Source of the DNA: Bacillota bacterium
Lineage (GTDB): Bacteria; Bacillota; Dethiobacteria; DTU022; UBA8154
Direction: 5' to 3'
NCBI GenBank assembly: GCA_012728375.1
Contig: JAAYFF010000009.1
Span: 8,940-72,939 of the forward strand
DNA: 64,000 nt
In this document: positions 36,565-46,821 of the stretch, piece by piece
How positions within the stretch are numbered: position 1 is the stretch's first letter
Layout: every line of letters starts with the position of its first letter
Notes under the pieces: generated by a model
What the model was told of the DNA's origin: nothing
Databases searched by the model: none
What the model saw: the letters and a program-made list of their open reading frames with translations, nothing else
Program-made: the position numbers and the translations under genes

Positions 36565-38262
36565 ATGTTGACTTTACAATTCTGCGGCGGGGCAAGAACT
36601 GTTACAGGTTCCTGTTTTTTATTGCAAACGAATAAATTAAAGATTTTGGTGGACTGCGGAATGTTCCAGGGAGGGAGGGAGCTGAGAGAGCGGAATTTTA
36701 AAGATTTCCCTTTTAACCCGGCAGAAATTTCCGCCCTGTTCCTGACCCATGCCCATATTGATCACAGCGGTCTTATCCCGAAGCTGGTGAGAAACGGTTT
36801 CAGGGGAAAAATATATACGACGAGCGCCACAGCGGATCTTTGCCGGATTATGCTTCCCGATAGCGGTCATATTCAGGAGATGGAGGCGGAGTGGCAAAGT
36901 CGCAAGGCCAGGAGAGCGGGACGGCCCGAAACGGAGCCCCTTTACACCGTTGACGAAGCGTACGCGTCTTTAGAGTATTTTGAAGAGGTGGATTATGATA
37001 AGATCGTTACCCTGGGGCCGGAGCTTTCCTTTCGGCTGAGAAACAGCGGCCATATTTTGGGCTCGGCTATTGTTGAGCTTTGGATAGCCGACGAGAAAGA
37101 CAGAAAAAAACTGGTGTTTACCGGTGACCTCGGGAGGAAGAATCAGAGCATTATCTGCGATCCCGATATTATTGAAGAAGCTGATTATCTAATTCTTGAG
37201 GGCACTTACGGGGGCAGGTTTCACGAAGGGGAGGAAGAGAAAGAGGACCTCCTCAGGGAAGTCATCAATTCAACCCTGGAGCAGGGAGGAAACATTGTTG
37301 TTCCGTCTTTCGCAGTGGGCAGGACCCAGGAGCTATTATACATACTGAACAAACTGATCGACAGAGGGGAAATTCCTCCCCTGCCTATTTTCATCGACAG
37401 TCCCATGGCAATTCGCACAACGGATCTCTTTATTGAGCACGAGGAATGTTTTGATTTGGAGATGCGGGCCTGCATAGCCCGGGGGGAATATCCGCTGCAT
37501 TTCCCGGAGGCGCATTTTACTCCCACGGTGGAACAATCCCGGGCGATTAATGAAATAGAAGGGGGAGTCATGATTATCTCCGCCAGCGGGATGTGCGATG
37601 CCGGCCGGATTAAGCACCATCTCAAGCATAATCTCTGGCGTCCTGAAGCGACAATTCTTTTTGTCGGCTATCAGGCGCAGGGATCCCTGGGGCGTTATTT
37701 ACTGGAAGGAGCTGACCGTGTAACGCTTTTTGGGGAAGAGATTAAAGTTAGGGCGCGCATCGCTTCCATTGAGGGTTTTTCCGCCCATGCCGATCAGAAC
37801 GAAATCCTCAGTTGGGTTGGCAAAATAAAGGGATTTCCCTCCCAGATTATCCTTGTTCACGGGGAAAGCGAACCATTGCAGCACCTGGCAGTTTTGCTGA
37901 AAGAAAAATACGGGGCAGAGGTTTATATTCCCTCTTATCTGGAAGAAATTTCTTTATTCCCCTTGGGGATCCCGGGGTTGGGAATTAAAGAGGAAATATC
38001 CGCACGGCTTAAAGCGCAGGAAATCCTGGCGATGTGGAAAGAAAACAGCGATTTTTTTACCAACAAGTTGGCTGATTACCTGGAGAAGGAGCGGGATCTG
38101 GGGCGTCTTGAAGCCCTGGAGGAACGCCTTGGCTTTTTCTTCCGGCAGATGGAAAATGAAAGCAATGCCATGAAGAACTATCCTCTTCTTTTTGCTCCGC
38201 CGCAGGCGGAGATGCTAGGGGAGAAGCTTAAAGATAGTAACGCAGGGGAAAAAGGGGCGTAA
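36565..38262 (+). CDS. MBL-fold beta-CASP family RNA-metabolising hydrolase (not canonical RNase J)
   Basis: THAHIDHSG motif and beta-CASP/RMMBL motifs (SAHAD). GGAGGAG RBS. Confidence 0.7.
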   Translation: MLTLQFCGGARTVTGSCFLLQTNKLKILVDCGMFQGGRELRERNFKDFPFNPAEISALFLTHAHIDHSGLIPKLVRNGFRGKIYTTSATADLCRIMLPDSGHIQEMEAEWQSRKARRAGRPETEPLYTVDEAYASLEYFEEVDYDKIVTLGPELSFRLRNSGHILGSAIVELWIADEKDRKKLVFTGDLGRKNQSIICDPDIIEEADYLILEGTYGGRFHEGEEEKEDLLREVINSTLEQGGNIVVPSFAVGRTQELLYILNKLIDRGEIPPLPIFIDSPMAIRTTDLFIEHEECFDLEMRACIARGEYPLHFPEAHFTPTVEQSRAINEIEGGVMIISASGMCDAGRIKHHLKHNLWRPEATILFVGYQAQGSLGRYLLEGADRVTLFGEEIKVRARIASIEGFSAHADQNEILSWVGKIKGFPSQIILVHGESEPLQHLAVLLKEKYGAEVYIPSYLEEISLFPLGIPGLGIKEEISARLKAQEILAMWKENSDFFTNKLADYLEKERDLGRLEALEERLGFFFRQMENESNAMKNYPLLFAPPQAEMLGEKLKDSNAGEKGA

Positions 38263-38295
38263 AGCCGGCCAATCCGTGCAAAGGAGCGGGAGTCT

Positions 38296-38736
38296 GTGGA
38301 AAGAGAACTGTCTGTTGAGGAGATTATGGAGATTATTCCCCATCGCTACCCTTTTTTGCTCTTGGACCGCATTACTGAAATTGCGGCAGGCGAAAGGGCT
38401 GTGGGGATTAAAAATGTTACCATTAATGAACCTTTTTTCCGGGGCCATTTCCCGGGGCAGCCGGTTATGCCGGGAGTGCTTATTATCGAAGCCATGGCCC
38501 AGCTGGGGGCTGCAGCTGTTCTCTGCAAGGAAGAATACAGGGGAAAGCTGATTTTGTTCCGGGGATTCAATAACGTCCATTTTCGGGGTGTTGTCCGCCC
38601 CGGCGACACGCTGCACCTTGAGGTCACTTTGACCGCAATTAGAGGGCGTGCCGGCAAGGGCAAGGGGCTGGCCCGCGTTGCCGGCAAAACCGTTGCTTCC
38701 GGGGAGATGACCTTTGCCCTCGTGGACAGGGCTTAG
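38296..38736 (+). CDS. fabZ: 3-hydroxyacyl-[ACP] dehydratase FabZ
   Basis: Hotdog fold with HFPGQPVMPGVL. The GTG start has an AAGGAG RBS. Confidence 0.85.
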   Translation: MERELSVEEIMEIIPHRYPFLLLDRITEIAAGERAVGIKNVTINEPFFRGHFPGQPVMPGVLIIEAMAQLGAAAVLCKEEYRGKLILFRGFNNVHFRGVVRPGDTLHLEVTLTAIRGRAGKGKGLARVAGKTVASGEMTFALVDRA

Positions 38737-38854
38737 AAAAAAAATGGGTTTAATGCATTGCTTCCCGCAGCGGAAGACGCCGCGGCAAGCGGTCTGTTGA
38801 CAATTTTATTTTGTTGTATTATGATTTTTGTGGAAAATCTATTTTACTTTTGAA

Positions 38855-39090
38855 CTCTTATCCAGAGCGGGGGAGAGACGGGCTCTATGAACCCCGGCAA
38901 CCGGACCTTTAAGGAGGGCGTAGCGCTGTTTTGTCTGCGCAGAAGGCAAATGCCCTTCCTTACGGATCGACTGGTGCCAAGTCCCACAGGGCCGGTATGG
39001 CGGCATTTTTGCCGGCTGTCCTGGGAGATAAGAGGTTAGGTTTTGCATGACCTCTGCCTTCCAGGCACGGGGTTTTTTCTTTTATCTTTT
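38855..39090 (+). promoter_or_regulatory. SAM-I (S-box) riboswitch with terminator/attenuator, leader of metK
   Basis: cTCTTATCcAGAGcGGgGGAGaGAC...CCCGGCAACC...GGTGCCAA.TCC...GGGAGATAAGAG, then a T-run at about 39075-39086. A TTGACA-17-TATGAT promoter lies at about 38803-38831. Confidence 0.85.
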
Positions 39091-39139
39091 AGCGGAAGTT
39101 TATCTGTCTTTAAGCTTGCAGGAAAGGGAGGAATTATTT

Positions 39140-40348
39140 GTGAACAAAAACAGCGGTGTTGTTTTATTTTCTTCGGAATCCGTAACTGAAGGCCATCCCG
39201 ATAAGATTTCAGACCGCATTTCCGATGCGATTCTTGATGCCATTATCAAGGATGACCCCTATGGTAGGGTGGCTGTGGAGACTCTGGTAACGACAGGATT
39301 GGTTCTGGTGGCCGGCGAGATTTCGACAACCTGTTATGTGGATATTCCTCAAATCGTCCGCAAGACTGTCAGGGATGTCGGTTATACCAGGGCAAAGTAC
39401 GGTTTTGACGCGGATACCTGTGCTGTGCTGACGTCCATTGACGAACAATCTGCGGATATTGCCCTCGGAGTTAACAGAGCCCTGGAGGTTAAAACAGGTG
39501 AGGAAAAAGAGGACAAGTACAATTTGACCGGAGCCGGAGACCAGGGGATTGTTTTCGGTTTTGCCTGTAACGAGACACCGCAGCTGATGCCCTTACCCAT
39601 CTACCTCGCCCACAAGCTTGCCCGAACCCTGACAGAAATTCGCAAAGAAAAGGTTCTTCCGTACCTGCGGCCGGATGGAAAATCACAGGTTACAGTGGAG
39701 TACCGGGACGGAAAGCCTTACCGCATTGCCGCTGTTATTCTGTCTTCCCAGCACAGGGATGATGTTCCCCTGTCCCGCCTGCGGGATGATTTAATCGAAC
39801 AGGTGGCCAAAAAAGTTCTTCCGCCGGAGATGCTGGACAGCAAGACCAAGTTTTTTATTAATCCCACTGGGCGCTTTGTCATCGGCGGCCCCCAGGGGGA
39901 TACCGGCGTGACGGGGCGGAAGATTATTGTGGATACTTACGGGGGATATTCCCGCCACGGAGGCGGTGCCTTTTCCGGAAAAGACCCCACCAAGGTGGAC
40001 CGGTCGGCAAGTTATGCGGCGCGCTATGTTGCTAAAAATGTGGTTGCCGCAGGGCTGGCCGATAAGTGCGAGCTGGAGCTGGCATATGCCATCGGCGTGG
40101 CGCGTCCCGTTTCTGTTTTAATTGAAACATTCGGCACAGAAAAGGTCCCCGTTTCCCTGATTGAAGATCTGGTCAAGAAACATTTTGACCTCCGTCCTGC
40201 GGCTATTATTGACCAGCTGGACCTCCGCCGTCCCATATACACAGCCCTGTCAGCCTATGGACATTTTGGCAGGGATGACCTGGATCTGACCTGGGAGCGC
40301 ACGGACAAGGCGGATCTTTTGCGGCAGGAGGCGGGGCTGCCTTCCTGA
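39140..40348 (+). CDS. metK: S-adenosylmethionine synthetase
   Basis: [12 protein letters not shown], the GAGDQG motif, and domains 2 and 3. The GTG start has a GGGAGG RBS. The ORF-track start at 39047 is rejected. Confidence 0.9.
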   Translation: MNKNSGVVLFSSESVTEGHPDKISDRISDAILDAIIKDDPYGRVAVETLVTTGLVLVAGEISTTCYVDIPQIVRKTVRDVGYTRAKYGFDADTCAVLTSIDEQSADIALGVNRALEVKTGEEKEDKYNLTGAGDQGIVFGFACNETPQLMPLPIYLAHKLARTLTEIRKEKVLPYLRPDGKSQVTVEYRDGKPYRIAAVILSSQHRDDVPLSRLRDDLIEQVAKKVLPPEMLDSKTKFFINPTGRFVIGGPQGDTGVTGRKIIVDTYGGYSRHGGGAFSGKDPTKVDRSASYAARYVAKNVVAAGLADKCELELAYAIGVARPVSVLIETFGTEKVPVSLIEDLVKKHFDLRPAAIIDQLDLRRPIYTALSAYGHFGRDDLDLTWERTDKADLLRQEAGLPS

Positions 40349-40413
40349 TTTAGCCTTTAGATAACGGAGTTGAAGCTAAGTTTAGCATTTTTCCCGGGAG
40401 GGACTTCTAATAA

Positions 40414-42642
40414 TTGGAGAGTGTGGAAGGTATCCTGGAGCGCATTACCTACTACAGCGATAAAACTTCCTACCTGGTTGGACGCCTGAAGCAGGAAGAT
40501 GCTGAAGCGGTAACCTTTGTGGGTTATTTTCCTGCCCTGAGGGAAGGGGAGATGCTTTGTCTGAAAGGGGATTGGAAGGTTCATCCCCGTTACGGAAAAC
40601 AGCTTCAGGTTAAGGAGTGGGAAGCGCTTGTTCCGGCGACGGAGAAAGGATTGGAGCGCTTCCTTGCCTCCGGGATGATTAAGGGTATAGGCCCGCATCT
40701 GGCCTCCCTGCTCGTCAAGCGCTTTAAGATGGAGACCCTGGAGATTATTGAGCATACCCCGCAGAAGCTCCTGGAGATTCCCGGAATAGGCGCCAAAAAG
40801 GCAGCTTTTATCCACCAGAGTTACCTGAAAAACAAGGAAATTAAAAATGTCATGCTTTTTCTCCAGGAACACAATGTCAGCCCGGCAATCGCGGTGCGGC
40901 TTTTTAAACATTATGGTCCGCAGACAGTTTCCGTGCTGAAAGAGAACCCCTACCGCACCGCTGATGAAGTATCCGGCATGGGTTTCCTGACAGCAGATAA
41001 AATTGCCCGGAAATTAGGGGTCTTGTCCAATTCTCCCCAGCGCATCAGGGCGGCTCTTCTTTATTTGTTGAACCGCGCCGCTGAAGACGGCCATGTTTAT
41101 CTCCCGGAAAAAGAGCTGGGCGAAAAAGTAGAGGCTCTCCTGCAAGGGGCGGAGAGCCCTGAGAAAATTAATCCTGCGAGTCCCACGCTGGCCGGATTGA
41201 TCAAGGAGCAGCTCGACGATCTCGCCGCCTCGAAGCACATTTTCTACCGGTATGATGACCGCGGAGAACGTTTGGTATATGCGGCACATTATTACCATGC
41301 TGAAGAGGGATCAGCCGAAAAACTGATGCTCCTGGCTAAAAGCCGGCTTTTTCTTTTTTCACCCGGAGAAGATACTTTAAACGGGGAGATTTTGCGCAGC
41401 GAAGAGCTTAAGCTGACCGGAGAGCAGATTGCAGCCGTCAGGAGTGCATTTCTTAACGGTGTTACGGTGATTACCGGCGGTCCGGGAACGGGAAAAACCA
41501 CTACCATAAGGACCATGATTAGGCTTTTTAAGCGGTTCGGGCTGAAAACTCTTCTGGCGGCTCCCACCGGGAGGGCGGCCAAACGGATGTCTGAAACAAC
41601 AGGGATGGAAGCGCGCACTATCCACCGCCTCCTGGAGTACAGCCATGCCGAAGGGGAGAGTCCCAGCTTTCAAAGAAATGAAAAAAATCCCCTTGAAGCC
41701 GGGGTTGTAATTATTGATGAGGTTTCCATGGTCGATCTCCTTCTTTTCTACAGCCTGCTGAAGGCGATACCCGCAGGGTGCCGCCTGATCCTGGTGGGCG
41801 ATGTGGACCAGCTCCCCTCCGTCGGCGCGGGAAATGTGCTCCGCGATGTGATCGCCTCCGGCGTGATCCCCTGCGTGCGGCTGCATACTATTTTCCGGCA
41901 AGCCTCTGAAAGCATGATTATCGTTAATGCCCACCGCATCAACCAGGGAAAGTTTCCTGTTTATAACAGTCCGAGGAAGGATTTTTTCTTTATTTCCGAG
42001 GATGATCCCGAGAAGGTTGCCCGCATTATCGCAGATCTCTGCCGGGAAAGGCTTCCCGGTTTCGGCTCTTTTGATTCTGTGGAGGATATACAGGTCCTTA
42101 CGCCCATGCGAAAGACTCCGGTGGGGGTTGACAGGCTTAACCGGCTCCTGCAACAGGAGCTCAATCCGCCCTCCAGGCAGAAACAGGAGTTAAATTACGG
42201 CAATATGGTTTTTCGCCTGGGGGACAAGGTTATGCAGATTCGCAACAATTACCGGAAAGAAGTATTTAACGGGGATATTGGCCGCATTGCTTTTCTTGAT
42301 GCCAGTGAAGGAGAGCTAAGTGTTTCCTACCCTGATTTGCAAGGCTCCCGCAATGTATCGTACGACCTGACGGAACTCGATGAGCTTGTTCTTGCTTATG
42401 CCGTTTCCGTTCACAAAAGCCAGGGGAGCGAATATCCGGTTGTCGTCATGCCTGTGGTTACACAGCACTTTATCCTGCTGCAGCGCAATCTTCTCTATAC
42501 GGGAATTACCAGGGCCAAAAGGCTGGCTATCCTTGTGGGCACCTCCAAGGCTATTGGTATTGCCATTCATAACACCAAGGTGAAAAAACGGTACAGCGAT
42601 CTTGCTCGGCAACTGAAGACAAGGGCAGGCGCTGAATGCTAA
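40414..42642 (+). CDS. RecD2-type SF1B ATP-dependent DNA helicase (RecD-like)
   Basis: N-terminal OB and HhH domains, Walker A GGPGTGKTT, and helicase motifs through VHKSQGSE. Confidence 0.85.
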   Translation: MESVEGILERITYYSDKTSYLVGRLKQEDAEAVTFVGYFPALREGEMLCLKGDWKVHPRYGKQLQVKEWEALVPATEKGLERFLASGMIKGIGPHLASLLVKRFKMETLEIIEHTPQKLLEIPGIGAKKAAFIHQSYLKNKEIKNVMLFLQEHNVSPAIAVRLFKHYGPQTVSVLKENPYRTADEVSGMGFLTADKIARKLGVLSNSPQRIRAALLYLLNRAAEDGHVYLPEKELGEKVEALLQGAESPEKINPASPTLAGLIKEQLDDLAASKHIFYRYDDRGERLVYAAHYYHAEEGSAEKLMLLAKSRLFLFSPGEDTLNGEILRSEELKLTGEQIAAVRSAFLNGVTVITGGPGTGKTTTIRTMIRLFKRFGLKTLLAAPTGRAAKRMSETTGMEARTIHRLLEYSHAEGESPSFQRNEKNPLEAGVVIIDEVSMVDLLLFYSLLKAIPAGCRLILVGDVDQLPSVGAGNVLRDVIASGVIPCVRLHTIFRQASESMIIVNAHRINQGKFPVYNSPRKDFFFISEDDPEKVARIIADLCRERLPGFGSFDSVEDIQVLTPMRKTPVGVDRLNRLLQQELNPPSRQKQELNYGNMVFRLGDKVMQIRNNYRKEVFNGDIGRIAFLDASEGELSVSYPDLQGSRNVSYDLTELDELVLAYAVSVHKSQGSEYPVVVMPVVTQHFILLQRNLLYTGITRAKRLAILVGTSKAIGIAIHNTKVKKRYSDLARQLKTRAGAEC

Positions 42643-42724
42643 ATGCTAAATTAAAAGCCAAGGCTTGCTCTTTTCTTTTCTTTTCTTGTCTTGTCTTGTC
42701 TTGTTTCTTATTTTACAGCAGAGA

Positions 42725-42916
42725 TTATACAGAGAGCATTCTTTTTTCCTTTTTCATTCCCATTTTCATATACCGGTTAATTTGCTGGTCCAGCTGCCTG
42801 GAAATCTGGAGCATTTCGGCACTTACCTGATGATTTTCTTCGTATAGTTTGTTTAACTGTGTTTTTAACCGTTCGATTTCGGAAATGATATCCGGCAACT
42901 CCATATTTTGTCCCAT
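42725..42916 (-). CDS. Spo0E-like sporulation regulatory (aspartyl-phosphate phosphatase) family small protein
   Basis: Helical 63-aa protein with an SxxLDxxI-like 'SRQLDQQINRYM' motif. The start could instead be 42904. Confidence 0.45.
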   Translation of the reverse strand: MGQNMELPDIISEIERLKTQLNKLYEENHQVSAEMLQISRQLDQQINRYMKMGMKKEKRMLSV

Positions 42917-43086
42917 TGTTCTAATCCTTTCATAGAAAAATTTGGGCTGGTAAGAGCCTGGCGGCGATTGGAAAACAAACATCGAGTGCCTTTGTCTAAG
43001 ATCCGTTTAGCAGATCTATTCAACACAAAAGTGCAATTTCCTTTAAAAATTTGTCATTTTATTTACAAAATTGGGAGGCTGTGTAA

Positions 43087-43821
43087 GTGCCTACGGGAAC
43101 TATTTTAAAAATGTTTTTTCCGCCCCGCTGTCCTTTTTGCCGGAAAATTCTGAAGGGGTTTCCCGTGGAAGACGGCACTTATCCGGTTTGGGCGAAAAAG
43201 GAAGCAATCCCGGAGGTGCTCTGCGGAAGATGCGCCTCCGAATTGCCATGGCTTAAGGATGATTGCTGCCCCAGGTGTGGCCGTGAGTTGGACGGGAAAG
43301 GAATTTGTTCCTGCAGGGAAGAGAAATATGCTTTTGAAAATTGCTGTGCAGTGAGCCGCTATACGGGTGAGGTCCGGGAAGCCCTCCGCTTTTTTAAATA
43401 TCACCAAAAAAAGTGGCTCGCAGAACCTCTGGGGAAACTTTTATCCTGGAAGCTGACTTCTTTGAACTGGGCCCGCTCTATTGAAGCCGTTGTTCCTATT
43501 CCCCTGACGCCCCGGCGCCTGGCCGCGAGGGGTTATAACCAGGCTGCCCTGTTGGCCGAAATAGTGGGAAAAGAAACAGGCCTCCCGGTCCTGGATGTTT
43601 TGGAACGGGTTAAAGAAACGGAGAGCCAAACCGGCATGAAGCGCGAGGAAAGATGGAAAAATCTTCAGGGGGCTTTTCGCTGCCGAGAAAGAGGGCAAAA
43701 ATATGGCCATCTGCTTCTTATTGACGATATATTAACCACGGGTGCAACGGCCCATGAGGCGGCCTGTGCTTTAAGGAACGGGGTTGCCGGACGGGTGAGC
43801 GTGGCTGTTTTTGCCCGCTAG
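43087..43821 (+). CDS. comFC: ComF family protein (ComFC-like phosphoribosyltransferase)
   Basis: N-terminal CxxC x2 zinc ribbon and the PRTase motif LLIDDILTTGAT. Confidence 0.8.
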   Translation: MPTGTILKMFFPPRCPFCRKILKGFPVEDGTYPVWAKKEAIPEVLCGRCASELPWLKDDCCPRCGRELDGKGICSCREEKYAFENCCAVSRYTGEVREALRFFKYHQKKWLAEPLGKLLSWKLTSLNWARSIEAVVPIPLTPRRLAARGYNQAALLAEIVGKETGLPVLDVLERVKETESQTGMKREERWKNLQGAFRCRERGQKYGHLLLIDDILTTGATAHEAACALRNGVAGRVSVAVFAR

Positions 43822-43933
43822 TCGGCAGATGCAGGCAAGAGCGGGTGCAGCGCCATCGGGCTTTTAGCTGAAAGCAAAGTTTTCCTTTTGCCCGCGGTGC
43901 TGCTGTAGTCGGCGAAAAGTTTTCCTGCCAAGG

Positions 43934-44614
43934 TCAGGTGGCTGTTGTTTTTTTCCAGAACAGCCCCAGAACGCCGATTGCCGCCCCGAAAACAAAGCCC
44001 CCGATATGTGCCCACCATGCTACTGCCTGGGCAGTGGCGCCTGCCATGAGAAAGGCGTTTAGGAGCTGTAGGATAAACCAGAATATGAGAAAAAACTTGG
44101 CGGAGATGCTGGCGGTCGTGAGAAGAAAACCGATGGGGATAAGCGCGAGCACTCTGGCCCGCGGGAAAAAAATAAAATATATACCGAGGACTCCGGCAAT
44201 AGCCCCGCTGGCTCCGATAACCGGTACCGGGGAGGCGGGGTTTGTGAGGATGTGCGCCAGATTGGCCGCGGCTCCGGCTGCCAGATAAAAAAGCAGGTAA
44301 CCGCCGTGTCCCAGCCGGTCTTCTACATTGTCCCCGAAAACCCAGAGATAAAGCATGTTGCCGAGTAGATGGAACCAGCTTCCGTGAAGAAAGGTGGCGC
44401 TTATAAAAGGGAACCATGCTGCCGGGAGTAGTGCTCCGCTGCCGGACAGTTCAAAAAATTGCTGCGGGATAACCCCGTAGTGGACAAAGAGCTGCAGCAG
44501 CTCTTCCCGGGTCAGCGTTGTTTGATAAAAAAATATCAGGACATTAACAATGATCAGGAAAATATTAATAAACGGGAACTTCTTCGGGCGCACATTATCG
44601 CGCAAAGGAATCAT
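43934..44614 (-). CDS. Rhomboid family intramembrane serine protease
   Basis: GASGAIAG active-site Ser, a downstream His and 6 TM segments. Confidence 0.8.
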   Translation of the reverse strand: MIPLRDNVRPKKFPFINIFLIIVNVLIFFYQTTLTREELLQLFVHYGVIPQQFFELSGSGALLPAAWFPFISATFLHGSWFHLLGNMLYLWVFGDNVEDRLGHGGYLLFYLAAGAAANLAHILTNPASPVPVIGASGAIAGVLGIYFIFFPRARVLALIPIGFLLTTASISAKFFLIFWFILQLLNAFLMAGATAQAVAWWAHIGGFVFGAAIGVLGLFWKKTTAT

Positions 44615-44769
44615 TTATAAACTCCTTTTTTTCACTTATACATTTATTATATCATACCCGGATCCGTGACAGAATAACAAAAACAAGGAGCCGGAAACGG
44701 CAGCGCAAGAGAATACAGGAAATAAAAACCTTCACCAAAAGGATATGATAACAGGGCGGGAAAGTGAGC

Positions 44770-45678
44770 ATGGGAAAAAACGGCGATGACAAAAAGATAA
44801 CATCCCCGTCATACCTGGCTAAAATTTTACGGGAAAGGGGGCTGGCCCCGCGGCGCTCGCAAGGTCAGCATTTCCTTGTGGACGAAAATATCCTGGGCAG
44901 AATTCTGGCCGCGGCATCCCTGGAAGAAAGCGATTATGTGCTGGATATCGGGGCCGGTCCCGGCGCTCTTTCTCTGGCTATGGCGGAAAAAGTTGCCGGA
45001 GTGATCGCTGTGGAGCAAGACAAAGGCCTGGTGGAGCTGCTGAAAGAGCAGGCTGATATACGGGGGCTTAACCGTCTGCATATAGTCGAAGGAGATGTCC
45101 GCCGCCTGGATTTGGAAGAAATCTGCCGGGAGCGCTGGGGGCGGGCATTGGGCCAGGAAGGGCACAATGTCAAGGTTGTGGCAAACCTGCCCTATTATTT
45201 GACGACGCCGCTTCTTTTTCAGCTCCTGCAGGGCTCGCTGCCCCTTAAGCTGCTGGTGTTAATGGTGCAGCTCGAAGTAGCACGGAGAATAAATGCTGCG
45301 GCGGGACAAAAAGATTACGGCCTGCTGACGGTCCTGTGCAGATATTATACAGAGCCCCGCTTTCTTTTCAAGGTCTCACCGGGGGTTTTTTATCCGCGGC
45401 CTGCGGTAGAATCGGCAGTGGTGCGGCTGGATGTTGTTCCGCCGCGACCTGTGGAAACCCGTCAGGAAATTCTTTTCTGGAAAATTGTCAGGGCAGCTTT
45501 TCAAAAACGGCGCAAAACAATCCTTAATGCCCTGGAAGGAATAGAAATGATGGGGAAGGCCGACTGGACCAAGCTCTTGAAAAAAGCCGGCATCCAGCCC
45601 AACCGCCGGGGAGAAACTCTCTCTTTAATGGAATTTGCAAAGTTGAGCGAGATACTTTATAATGTAAGTGTTCCTTAA
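44770..45678 (+). CDS. rsmA: 16S rRNA (adenine1518/1519-N6)-dimethyltransferase RsmA/KsgA
   Basis: GQHFL, LDIGAGPGALS and the NLPY motif. Confidence 0.85.
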   Translation: MGKNGDDKKITSPSYLAKILRERGLAPRRSQGQHFLVDENILGRILAAASLEESDYVLDIGAGPGALSLAMAEKVAGVIAVEQDKGLVELLKEQADIRGLNRLHIVEGDVRRLDLEEICRERWGRALGQEGHNVKVVANLPYYLTTPLLFQLLQGSLPLKLLVLMVQLEVARRINAAAGQKDYGLLTVLCRYYTEPRFLFKVSPGVFYPRPAVESAVVRLDVVPPRPVETRQEILFWKIVRAAFQKRRKTILNALEGIEMMGKADWTKLLKKAGIQPNRRGETLSLMEFAKLSEILYNVSVP

Positions 45679-45725
45679 TATATTATGTCGACCCGTGTAG
45701 GAATAAACGGAAAGAAGGCCGTCCT

Positions 45726-46202
45726 ATGATATTTCAGAGCCCTACTCGTGGGAAGATGACTCTGGAGGAGACGTTCCAGGAGATTATTGCGTACATCAAG
45801 GAACAACCCGGGGAACAATACAAACTCATTATTGGAACAGATTCACAAGCCCATTACGGAGAAGAAGTCAATTTTGTAACCGCGATTATTATTCACCGAG
45901 TTGGGAAGGGAGGGCGCTATTTTTACCGAAGTGAAAAACATCACTTTTTGCAAACTTTAAGGCAAAGAATCTTTTATGAGACCTCTCTGAGCCTTGATGT
46001 TGCCGGACGATTTTCTTCCCTGCTGTCAAAAAACGGTTTTTCTCAGCTTAATGTGGAAATACACATGGATGTGGGTATCCGCGGAGATACCCGGGAACTA
46101 ATCCGGGAAATGGTGGGGATGGTGGCCGGCAGCGGCTATGATGCCCGGATTAAACCCGATTCATACGGTGCCAGCAAGGTTGCTGACAAGTATACAAAAT
46201 AA
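45726..46202 (+). CDS. RNase H-like YkuK/DUF458 family protein
   Basis: LIIGTDSQ ... VTAIIIHRVGKGGRYFY pattern. Confidence 0.6.
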   Translation: MIFQSPTRGKMTLEETFQEIIAYIKEQPGEQYKLIIGTDSQAHYGEEVNFVTAIIIHRVGKGGRYFYRSEKHHFLQTLRQRIFYETSLSLDVAGRFSSLLSKNGFSQLNVEIHMDVGIRGDTRELIREMVGMVAGSGYDARIKPDSYGASKVADKYTK

Positions 46203-46250
46203 ATAAATTAAAATTAAAATAATAGAAAAAGATAAAAAAAGAAAAAAAAC

Positions 46251-46319
46251 TTGACATTGGCTTTGATAATTGGTAAAATCCAGAGTTCCCTTGACAAAAT
46301 AGAGGATTTATGTTAAAAT
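46251..46319 (+). promoter_or_regulatory. Two tandem consensus sigma-A promoters (TTGACA-17-TAAAAT twice) with upstream A-tract UP element, driving veg
   Basis: TTGACA 46251-56 / TAAAAT 46274-79, and TTGACA 46291-96 / TAAAAT 46314-19. The A-rich tract spans 46203-46250. Confidence 0.65.
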
Positions 46320-46336
46320 GCTCTTGAGGTGATGCC

Positions 46337-46615
46337 ATGATGGCCGCAAAAAACACCCTGTTGCAGATCCGCAAAGAACTCGAATCGCATGTTGGGGAAA
46401 AAATCAAGTTGCGGGCAAACAGGGGTCGTCGGAAATCTTATGAAAAGGTAGGGGTCCTTGAAAATACCTATCCCTCTATTTTTGTCGTCAGAGTTGATGA
46501 AGAAAATTATCACCAGAGATATTCCTTCAGTTATGCGGATGTCCTTACCGAAACCGTGGAACTAAGTCTTTGGGGCGGGGACAATAAATTGATTGCCCTT
46601 TGCGCCGGAAAATAA
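46337..46615 (+). CDS. veg: Veg (DUF1021) protein
   Basis: Strong similarity to B. subtilis Veg (GRRKSYEKVGVLENTYPSIFVV...YSFSYADVLTETVEL). Confidence 0.85.
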   Translation: MMAAKNTLLQIRKELESHVGEKIKLRANRGRRKSYEKVGVLENTYPSIFVVRVDEENYHQRYSFSYADVLTETVELSLWGGDNKLIALCAGK

Positions 46616-46821
46616 CAAAACTTGAACTTTCTATATCTATAAATAATATAAGAGCAACTTAAAATATCGTACTTACCATATTTCCTCCCGTATTTTCTAA
46701 AGCAGATAAGCGGGATTTTTTTATTTATCGAAGACTTTTCCCGCCGTGTCATAACTTCACCTCCTTTCTAATAACTATAATATGTGAAGGCGCATATTGT
46801 GATAAAGGAGGGATGTAGATT

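Noticed and set aside
38839-39048. 69-aa minus-strand ORF
   Set aside because: It overlaps the SAM-I riboswitch aptamer on the opposite strand and has no RBS.
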